Shown here piece after piece: positions 16,236 to 23,115 of a stretch of 25,391 nucleotides of DNA. A model generated the notes under the pieces. The model was not told where the DNA came from. It ran no database searches and saw only the letters and a program-made list of their open reading frames with translations. The stretch lies in IMG/VR virus record IMGVR_UViG_3300021963_000599, positions 1 to 25,391 of that record; one strand, written 5' to 3'. A program made the translations under genes and the position numbers. Numbering within the stretch: position 1 is the first letter of the stretch; every line of letters begins with the position of its first letter. Source of the stretch: a virus. Taxonomy: Duplodnaviria > Caudoviricetes.

Positions 16236-18100
16236 TGTCTATTCGGACAGTCGGCGCATCCCCTACGACAAGTAATGCTGGGCTATACGAAAAAACTTTA
16301 TTCGATTTTATTCCACGATCACCTTGGGTGCGTAATCCAAGCTGGCCCGCATGTACAGCCAATATTGGTGATAACAGAGTTCGCGGGTTGTATGCAGTAT
16401 ATCCCGGCGGCGGAAATTTTATTGCTATGAATATTTCAGGCAATTACACTGTAAACTTTGGGGATGGCACAATCAACAATTATACCAGTGGGATATCTAA
16501 TTATGAATATAATTATAATTCAGCCCTCTTAGTCGGAACAGAAGCTCCCGTTACATTTACGGATGTAAGTGATTCTGTGAACCGTGCGGAGCACGGGTAT
16601 TCAAATGGTATGCAAGTGCGATTTTTTAACATTACCACAACTACAGGTATTGTAAACGATCAGTATTACTTTGTTATTAACGCTACGACCAATACATTCC
16701 AAGTTTCGGCTACTCTTAATGGCCCTCCGATTGTATTGACTAATGATGGTACAGGTCAATTGTTACCATACAGAGTTGCAACAGTCACAATAACACCTCA
16801 AGCTGGCAGTAATCTAACAACCATTAACTTTCAAACAAAACACAACCAAGCTGGGTTGGCTAATGGATACGCATCTGGGTGGCTGGATTTAGCTATTGCC
16901 TCGCCAACTATTACAGGTATTTCTATATTTTCCAACAGCTTTGTTCGTAATACTAATATCGAAAGCGTACAAATAAATCAAACGGGAAATATACTTAGTT
17001 TTAGCAGCTTATTTAATGGTCTTAACAGTTTACAAAATGTGGTAATTAGTCCCACAATTACAACTGTAACAAACACGAATTTTATGTTCTCTAGTTGCTA
17101 TTCCATACAAACAGTACCATTATTTAATACGGCTGCTGTAACAAGTATGCAAAGTATGTTCTCTGGTTGCTATTCCTTGAAATCAGTACCACCATTTAAT
17201 GCGCCTCTTGTAACAAACATGAGCAATATGTTTAATACTTGCTATTCCCTAGAATCCGTACCATTATTTAATACGGCTGCTGTAGGCAACACGGCCAGTA
17301 TGTTTAGTAATTGCTATGCCCTAAAATCCGTACCATTATTTAATACGGCTGCTGTAACAAGCATGAGTAGTATGTTCAATGCTTGTTATTCCCTAAAATC
17401 TGTACCATTATTTAATACGGCTTCTGTAACAAACATGAGCCAGATGTTCTCTAATTGCTATCCCCTAGAATCCGTACCATTATTTAATACGGCTGCTGTA
17501 ACAAATATGTTTGGTATGTTCACTAGTTGCGCTTCCTTACGAACAGTACCACTATTTAATACGGCTAATGTAACAAACATGGACAGTGTGTTTGTTGGTT
17601 GCACTTCCTTACAAACAGTACCACTATTTAATACGGCTAATGTAACAAACATGGCTGGTATGTTTAGTAATTGCAATGCCCTACTGTCAGTACCACCATT
17701 CAATACGGCTGCTGTAACAAGCATGATTGCTATGTTCAATAATTGCTTTTCCTTACTATCAATACCATTATTTAATACGGTTTCTGTAACAAACATGACC
17801 CAGATGTTTGCTCTTTGTTCTTCCCTAGGATCTATCCCCGCTTTAGTGACAACAGCGGTTATATCAGGAGGGTTTGATAACATGTTTCTTAGTTGTCCTA
17901 GTATTGCACGAATTGAAGCTAAAAACTTTAGATTTTCATTTTCGGTCTCTGGCTGCAAATTATCGGCAACTGCACTTAACGAAATATACACAAATTTACC
18001 AACAGTAACGTCGCAAACAATTACGGTAACAAGTAATTACGGCACTGCAACGGACAATCCCGCAATAGCTACAGCCAAGGGCTGGACAGTCACAGGATAA
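16235..18100 (+). CDS. Adhesin-like protein with BspA/DUF285-type leucine-rich repeats
   Basis: Ten clear 24-aa repeats of the type SVPLFNTAAVTNMxxMFxxCxSL; N-terminal HGYSNGMQVRF...YFVINATTNTFQVS module; C-cap IATAKGWTV. Confidence 0.85.
   Translation: MSIRTVGASPTTSNAGLYEKTLFDFIPRSPWVRNPSWPACTANIGDNRVRGLYAVYPGGGNFIAMNISGNYTVNFGDGTINNYTSGISNYEYNYNSALLVGTEAPVTFTDVSDSVNRAEHGYSNGMQVRFFNITTTTGIVNDQYYFVINATTNTFQVSATLNGPPIVLTNDGTGQLLPYRVATVTITPQAGSNLTTINFQTKHNQAGLANGYASGWLDLAIASPTITGISIFSNSFVRNTNIESVQINQTGNILSFSSLFNGLNSLQNVVISPTITTVTNTNFMFSSCYSIQTVPLFNTAAVTSMQSMFSGCYSLKSVPPFNAPLVTNMSNMFNTCYSLESVPLFNTAAVGNTASMFSNCYALKSVPLFNTAAVTSMSSMFNACYSLKSVPLFNTASVTNMSQMFSNCYPLESVPLFNTAAVTNMFGMFTSCASLRTVPLFNTANVTNMDSVFVGCTSLQTVPLFNTANVTNMAGMFSNCNALLSVPPFNTAAVTSMIAMFNNCFSLLSIPLFNTVSVTNMTQMFALCSSLGSIPALVTTAVISGGFDNMFLSCPSIARIEAKNFRFSFSVSGCKLSATALNEIYTNLPTVTSQTITVTSNYGTATDNPAIATAKGWTVTG
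17111..17830 (+). repeat. 72-bp coding tandem repeat (10 units plus degenerate flanks)
   Basis: GTACCA(T/C)(T/C)ATTTAAT recurs with 72-bp period (17114, 17186, ...). Confidence 0.92.
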
Positions 18101-18103
18101 ATC

Positions 18104-18295
18104 ATGGAAAATACAAGCGGTTTTTATAAATTAGATGACGAATTGCTTTACGGACCAAATTTCGTCCTTAACGCAAATTACGAGTTACGCAAAGAAACAC
18201 ATGAGCAAAACGTTTACCCTGTAGACGGGTGGTATTGGTTTAATTCGGAAGAAGAAGCCAGAGTGTTCTTTGGGCTACCGCCCAATGAAGAATAA
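18104..18295 (+). CDS. Small protein after the LRR adhesin (possible assembly chaperone)
   Basis: 63 aa, AGGA SD, SGFYK...YPVDGWYWF; function inferred from position only. Confidence 0.7.
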   Translation: MENTSGFYKLDDELLYGPNFVLNANYELRKETHEQNVYPVDGWYWFNSEEEARVFFGLPPNEE

Positions 18296-18307
18296 TTAAC
18301 CTACATA

Positions 18308-18403
18308 ATGTTCAGTATAATTTCATTTGCTCAGTCGCTTTTTGCCGGGTTAGGTGCCTGGTGGGTTTATTCATTTACCTCATCGGGCACATACACAGCA
18401 TGA
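18308..18403 (+). pseudogene. 31-codon remnant, apparently an N-terminus fused to another gene's C-terminus
   Basis: Reads MFSIISFAQSLFAGLGAWWVYSFTSSGTYTA*. The first half resembles MFGxxxFAQxPFA starts and the second half resembles FTSSGTYTA ends of phage glycine-rich adhesins (from memory). Confidence 0.5.
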
Positions 18404-18519
18404 TACCCACCCGATACCGTAGAGATTATGCCGGCGAATTTGTGGTCACCAGAACCAGAATGGCCAATGTACGTGGTCATCAGGCACGTGAGTGGATTCC
18501 CAACGCACTTAAAACATAA
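18400..18519 (+). pseudogene. Truncated 5' duplicate of gene 20661
   Basis: MIPTRYRRDYAGEFVVTRTRMANVRGHQAREWIPNALKT* matches 30 of the first 37 residues of the 221-aa protein. Confidence 0.88.
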
Positions 18520-18542
18520 TATGAAATATTATTGGGTCTTGA

Positions 18543-18548
18543 TAAATA
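18543..18548 (+). promoter_or_regulatory. Late promoter core TAAATA
   Basis: GATAAATA in an AT-rich gap upstream of the TAAGGA SD and ATG 18595. Confidence 0.55.
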
Positions 18549-18594
18549 TTAAGATATAATATTGCAACAACTCATGGTTAACTAAGGAAATATA

Positions 18595-19545
18595 ATGCAA
18601 ATTACTGGAATGACATTGACAGGGATTACAATAACTGCCCCGGTACCACCGCCACCTGCGACACCAAAAAAGGCAATATTTGGATATGGGTTTAGTGGCT
18701 CTGGTCTTACTGGCGTGACAAATTTAGTATCTGATACTGGCGTAGTTGCCACAGATACTACGGGTGTTGGTACTATTCGTTCCGATTTGGCAGCCGCCGG
18801 CTACGGAACAGACAAGGCAATATTTGGATATGGGGATGATGGTGGCGGCCTGGTGAGCATGACAAATTTAGTATCTAATACAGGCGTAGTTGCCACAGAT
18901 ACCGCTGGTGTTGGTACCGCTCGTATGGGCTTAGCCGCAGCTGGTTATGGATCAGACAAGGCAATATTTGGATACGGGTATGACTATAATGTCCCAACCA
19001 TGCTCAATCTGACAAATTTAGTATCTAATACCGGTGTAGTTGCTACAGATACTACGGGTGTTGGTACTGCTCGTGCGTTCTTGGCAGCTGCCGGCTACGG
19101 AACAGACACGGCAATATTTGGATATGGTGCTGATGGGTCCTTTGCTCTTCAGAGCGTGACAAATTTAGTATCTAATACTGGTGTAGTTGCTACAGATACT
19201 ACAGGTGTTGGTACTCCTCGTCAGGCCTTAGCGGCCACCGGCTACGGAACAGACAAGGCAATATTTGGATATGGAGACGAATTCGCTCCCTCTATAAGTG
19301 TAACAAATTTAGTATCTAATACTGGTGTAGTTGCCACAGATACCGCTGGTGTTGGTACTGCTCGTAGCAGCTTAGCCGCCGCTGGTTATGGAACAGACAC
19401 AGCAATATTTGGATATGGTGTAACCACCGGCGTTGCTATCTTACGAAGCATGACAAATTTAGTATCTAATACCGGTGTAGTTGCCACAGATACTACGGGT
19501 GTTGGTACTGCTCGTAGCAGCTTAGCCGCTGCATCATACGGCTAA
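18595..19545 (+). CDS. Six-repeat (Kelch-like beta-propeller) protein with hypervariable loops, probable adhesin
   Basis: Six ~48-50-aa repeats KAIFGYG-[9-11 variable aa]-TNLVSNTGVVATDTxGVGTAR-xx-LAAAGYGTD after a short N-terminal peptide and Pro-rich linker. Confidence 0.8.
   Translation: MQITGMTLTGITITAPVPPPPATPKKAIFGYGFSGSGLTGVTNLVSDTGVVATDTTGVGTIRSDLAAAGYGTDKAIFGYGDDGGGLVSMTNLVSNTGVVATDTAGVGTARMGLAAAGYGSDKAIFGYGYDYNVPTMLNLTNLVSNTGVVATDTTGVGTARAFLAAAGYGTDTAIFGYGADGSFALQSVTNLVSNTGVVATDTTGVGTPRQALAATGYGTDKAIFGYGDEFAPSISVTNLVSNTGVVATDTAGVGTARSSLAAAGYGTDTAIFGYGVTTGVAILRSMTNLVSNTGVVATDTTGVGTARSSLAAASYG
18670..19542 (+). repeat. 144-150-bp coding tandem repeat, 6 units
   Basis: GCAATATTTGGATA and ACAAATTTAGTATCT occur in all six units. 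Confidence 0.92.
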
Positions 19546-19578
19546 CTAATAAAATTCATACAACTACGGATGGCATGA

Positions 19579-19584
19579 TAAATA
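19579..19584 (+). promoter_or_regulatory. Late promoter core TAAATA
   Basis: GATAAATA about 25 nt upstream of ATG 19609. Confidence 0.55.
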
Positions 19585-19608
19585 TTTTTACTTCAAAAAA
19601 GAGATATT

Positions 19609-20220
19609 ATGCCTTCCAAATTAAATTCAGAATTTAACTATCGCTATCAAGTAATTGGTGAAACTGTTTGGGAAAAAATCAAAACACTACAGGGCTTTTT
19701 AGAGGGTCGTATTAGAGCTTCTAAATTGGAAGAAGTTTCTATTATTCGTTCCAAAGCAAAAAAAGCAAAACTTGAATACTTAAAAACAAAATACGATACC
19801 CCGGAATATGAAATCTTAGAACTAGAAGCAGAAATAAAAGAAGCTGAAAGTTTTGGTGATCCCAGTTATGCATATGAACTCAATCGTCAAGAAATAGAAA
19901 TTCTACAAAAATTGTTGACTGAATATTATGAAATAGCAGAACCAACTCGTATTCCTGGATATACCGATGAACAAATGTTTGAAGTCAACGCCGCCAATGA
20001 ATTTACCGCTGTGATAGGCAAAGAAATTTACGCAGAAATATTAGCTACGGGTCATCCAAGTCCGGCAAAAATTCGTAATGCTATGAGTAATCCAGTGACA
20101 TGGAACGCACTAAAAGGTCTGGGTCTAATTCCAAAAGATTCATTTTTGTTAAAATCCAGCGATGACCCTCTGAAAATTGAATTAACACAATCAGACGTAA
20201 AATCTCTCACTAATGAGTAA
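19609..20220 (+). CDS. Hypothetical alpha-helical/coiled-coil protein (203 aa)
   Basis: Glu/Lys-rich helical pattern, AT-rich codons; SKLNSEFNYRYQVIGET start; possible partner of the propeller protein. Confidence 0.8.
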   Translation: MPSKLNSEFNYRYQVIGETVWEKIKTLQGFLEGRIRASKLEEVSIIRSKAKKAKLEYLKTKYDTPEYEILELEAEIKEAESFGDPSYAYELNRQEIEILQKLLTEYYEIAEPTRIPGYTDEQMFEVNAANEFTAVIGKEIYAEILATGHPSPAKIRNAMSNPVTWNALKGLGLIPKDSFLLKSSDDPLKIELTQSDVKSLTNE

Positions 20221-20236
20221 ACTGTTTTGGTAATCT

Positions 20237-20268
20237 AAAAATAGGGCAGCTGCTGCCCTATTTTTTTT
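20237..20268 (+). terminator. Bidirectional Rho-independent terminator
   Basis: Perfect inverted repeat AAAAATAGGGCAGC-T-GCTGCCCTATTTTTTTT. Confidence 0.9.
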
Positions 20269-20270
20269 GA

Positions 20271-20276
20271 TAAATA
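20271..20276 (+). promoter_or_regulatory. Late promoter core TAAATA
   Basis: Directly after the terminator; likely drives the pseudogene and gene 20661. Confidence 0.6.
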
Positions 20277-20297
20277 TCATATTGATTAGGTAATAAA

Positions 20298-20664
20298 ATG
20301 GCATTAACCAGAATCCGTGCTCAACAGATATCAAACATTGATTACAAACAAGCAACTCGAGTAGTGACCACTAGCAATATTGTATTGAATGGTGGTGCAC
20401 CCAATCAAGTTGATAATATAAATCTTGCTATTAATGACCGGTTACCGGTCAATTAACTGCCAGCCAAAATGGCATATATTTTGTGCAATCCTTGGGTACA
20501 GGTTCCAACGGAACTGGAGCATTTACAGTTCCAGTTGTGTTGCTGGAGTAGCAACTGCATTAAACAACAACTTGTACAAGCCCGGCTCAGTGATTGGTAA
20601 ATCACTAGAGTCCTACAACAGTATCAGTGAAGGCGTCATAGAAATACTATTAGGAAGATTGTGA
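20298..20664 (+). pseudogene. Collapsed tail-fibre pseudogene: N-terminus paralogous to gene 13902, C-terminus paralogous to the chaperone end of gene 8007
   Basis: MALTRIRAQQISNIDYKQA (19/19 identical to 13902), stop at 20454-20456 after a net 7-nt deletion; TASQNGIYFVQSLGTGSNG continues in another frame; a third frame gives PGSVIGKSLESY...GVIEILLGRL*. Confidence 0.88.
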
Positions 20665-21326
20665 TACAGGCTAGATATCGTAGAGATTATGAAGGCGAAT
20701 TTGTGGTCACTAGAACCAGAATGGCCAATGGACGCGGACAACAGTCACGTGAATGGATTCCAAACGCTGTAGAAAATCAACACATATCAGGTCGTGCTGC
20801 TGTGATCGGAAGTGGTATAGATCGTGAACGCTTTGACTATGCTAGACTACAGCGACATCGCGGTGGATTACTGGCCAAGAAGCGACTACAGACCTATGCC
20901 AGTGATCAAATATGGTCCGACATGCCCACAGATTTCTTTGTCACTATCAACCGCAACACAGCCAAACACATACGCGAGGCTGACTATCACACAAACAGCA
21001 TAGTGTATACTTCGCCTAACATTTGTATGACTTATCCAGGTGATTTTTTTCTAGTGCCCATGTCGCCGCAGTTGAGTGAAATTGCTCTAGCTGTTTACTT
21101 GGCAGCGTTTGACGAACACGAAGAAATATTCTTGCTGGGCTACAACAACGAAACTCCTGTACAAGACAGCGGCTGGATACATCATGTGAATTCAGTGTTT
21201 GAAGCCTACACATCAACTCGTTTTGTATTGGTTGGTACCGCAGTGAACATGCCTGACATGTGGCGCAGTAATCGCAATGTTGATACTGTAAAGTATCGCG
21301 ATTTTGTGACCTATTGCGATATTTGA
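20661..21326 (+). CDS. Maf/sialyltransferase-fold-like protein, distant relative of gene 5238
   Basis: GTG start overlapping the upstream TGA; RAAVIGSG...DFFVT...AVYLAAFD...EIFLLGYN...W; motifs more degenerate than in 5238. Confidence 0.55.
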   Translation: MIQARYRRDYEGEFVVTRTRMANGRGQQSREWIPNAVENQHISGRAAVIGSGIDRERFDYARLQRHRGGLLAKKRLQTYASDQIWSDMPTDFFVTINRNTAKHIREADYHTNSIVYTSPNICMTYPGDFFLVPMSPQLSEIALAVYLAAFDEHEEIFLLGYNNETPVQDSGWIHHVNSVFEAYTSTRFVLVGTAVNMPDMWRSNRNVDTVKYRDFVTYCDI

Positions 21327-21736
21327 ACAGCTGATTTTATAATTTCGACTTTTTCTTTGATGGTATCAAAATTTACAGTTGACCATAGGCCCGGATGCAT
21401 GGGTTTGGGCCAAGCAGTTGAATCTATCCAGGCATAACCCAAGTGTTCTTCGTTTAGTACAGGTTGGAATTCTCGGGCCACGCAACAGAAAAAAGTATGA
21501 TAACTGAAAGCACCGTCGGCACTGGTAAACTGATCCAACGGCAACAGTTTCACGTACTCGGGAAAAGAACCCAGTTCTTCGCAGCACTCACGTTCGATGC
21601 TGTCCAATAAGGTTTCTCCTGCCTCGCATTTGCCACCGGGCAATCCCCATGTGCCAGGATACTTGGTGTCGTTGCGCATCAAATACAGATAGCGTTGAGT
21701 GTTGTGAGCATAAAACCATACTCCCACTGCCATCAT
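21311..21736 (-). CDS. Nudix hydrolase
   Basis: Nudix box GGKCEAGETLLDSIERECCEELG preceded by WGLP; start set at ATG 21736 (ATGA overlap with the gp15-like stop). Confidence 0.92.
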   Translation of the reverse strand: MMAVGVWFYAHNTQRYLYLMRNDTKYPGTWGLPGGKCEAGETLLDSIERECCEELGSFPEYVKLLPLDQFTSADGAFSYHTFFCCVAREFQPVLNEEHLGYAWIDSTAWPKPMHPGLWSTVNFDTIKEKVEIIKSAVQISQ

Positions 21737-23115
21737 AGCACAATACTCCATTCGCCAGCAGGGTAAATTCCCTCAAAACTTTTGACCCAGTTTGTTCCTG
21801 TCCACAAGTACTGTAGGCCTGTGGTCATGTTGGTCATGTATTGTATGTTGGTGGTATTGGTTGTGCTGCCAAACGCCACGTCCCAAAATGTGCCGTCGTA
21901 TTCGATGATGTCATTGGCCGCTGCAACTAGTGGTCCCCAAGCTGTGGCTGGTTGTGGATTCTGATCATCGCCGATGGCGTCCAAGATCAAATAGCGTTGC
22001 CCTGCCGCAGCCACTGGCAGTCCTGCCCCAGGCCCACTCAGCAAGGGATCAATCACAGCATCAACAGGGTCTAGAGTATTTTGTGGAACAGTGTCAGGAT
22101 CAACATCAAACAACAGGAATCGTTCGTCAGTGGGATCATAGCTGACAGTACCAATCACCTGATCGTCGGTACCCCATTGATTGTCTAATCTGATTTGTGT
22201 AATACCAGATCTAAATGCACCATACATGCCGATCACTGCTGGCCAAAATTCATTGCTGGGCGGCGAATCTGGCAACTCAGTAGACGAGTTGGGTTGATCT
22301 ACTGTGGCGGAATTCTTTAACACCTGTAGTTTGTTGCCAATCAACAGGGTCTTGTACATGAAAGGAGTAAACTTTTGTCTTGTGCCCAACAAGAGATCGT
22401 TGTTGGTAATAGCCTCAACAGCGTCGCCTTGTGCGTCGTATACAGATGCAATGATCTTTTCGATTACACCCAACTTCTTGACCTTGGCCGGAGACGAAAT
22501 CCAAATTGGTATTGAGAATCTCATGCTCATGATGTCAATGGGGTTTTCTGTGCCCTGCGGAATAGTTCTGCTGGTCCAAGTCACTTGATCTAAATCCACA
22601 GTGCTCAAACTGGTCCAATCCAAAAAGCTGTCAGTGCTTTGTATTTCTAAACTGGGATTGAACAAGGTAGCAATTTGTTCAAACAGCTGAAACTTTTGAT
22701 TCGTGTTGCTGGTCCAAAAATCCACAGTCAGGCCCATCTTGTACGGTACTGGCATCAAGCGTTCAATGGTAAATGCATTGCCTTGTGTGGTTTCGTAAGT
22801 GTTAGTGGCTTCGTCAAAGTAGCGTTGGCGTACTTGTACATTGCTCACAAAGTAAGGATCCTGCATGCGCGGACGATCGTAGTCCATGCTGGTGATATAA
22901 AAAGTTATCAGCGGTGTAGATGGTAAGGCACTGGCTGAGTTATCTTGCTGTACAGTTTGTCCCAATCTAGTCCAGTCGCCGTAACGAACAGGCACACGCA
23001 CCAGGGATGCCTGATCGCTGTTGGCAGGACCGTATTCTATTTGGAAGTTACTGAAAATTCTAGTAAACTGTAGTAGGAAACGGCGTATTTGTTCGTCGTA
23101 GAAGAAATTTTGCAT
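21733..23115 (-). CDS. gp15: T4 gp15-like tail terminator/sheath stabiliser with C-terminal extension
   Basis: FFYDEQIRRFLLQFTRIFSN...VPVRYG...P.ITF...MPVPY...Q..EQIATLFNP pattern of the gp15 family; follows a neck-like gene. Confidence 0.8.
   Translation of the reverse strand: MQNFFYDEQIRRFLLQFTRIFSNFQIEYGPANSDQASLVRVPVRYGDWTRLGQTVQQDNSASALPSTPLITFYITSMDYDRPRMQDPYFVSNVQVRQRYFDEATNTYETTQGNAFTIERLMPVPYKMGLTVDFWTSNTNQKFQLFEQIATLFNPSLEIQSTDSFLDWTSLSTVDLDQVTWTSRTIPQGTENPIDIMSMRFSIPIWISSPAKVKKLGVIEKIIASVYDAQGDAVEAITNNDLLLGTRQKFTPFMYKTLLIGNKLQVLKNSATVDQPNSSTELPDSPPSNEFWPAVIGMYGAFRSGITQIRLDNQWGTDDQVIGTVSYDPTDERFLLFDVDPDTVPQNTLDPVDAVIDPLLSGPGAGLPVAAAGQRYLILDAIGDDQNPQPATAWGPLVAAANDIIEYDGTFWDVAFGSTTNTTNIQYMTNMTTGLQYLWTGTNWVKSFEGIYPAGEWSIVL

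Noticed and set aside
17111-19542. CRISPR-like or DGR interpretation of conserved-plus-variable repeats
   Set aside because: The repeats are in-frame coding units of 72 and 144-150 bp. No cas or reverse transcriptase gene is in the window, there is no non-coding template copy, and variation is not adenine-restricted and includes indels.
20425-20664. 79-aa ORF as an independent gene
   Set aside because: Its 5' part is an off-frame reading of the decayed fibre start; only the last ~40 codons are homologous to a real C-terminus. Treated as part of the pseudogene.
18400-20780. B'/B and A/A' pairs as DGR template and variable repeats
   Set aside because: Differences involve all four bases, many are synonymous, and they lie at gene 5' ends; this fits diverged paralogous fragments better.
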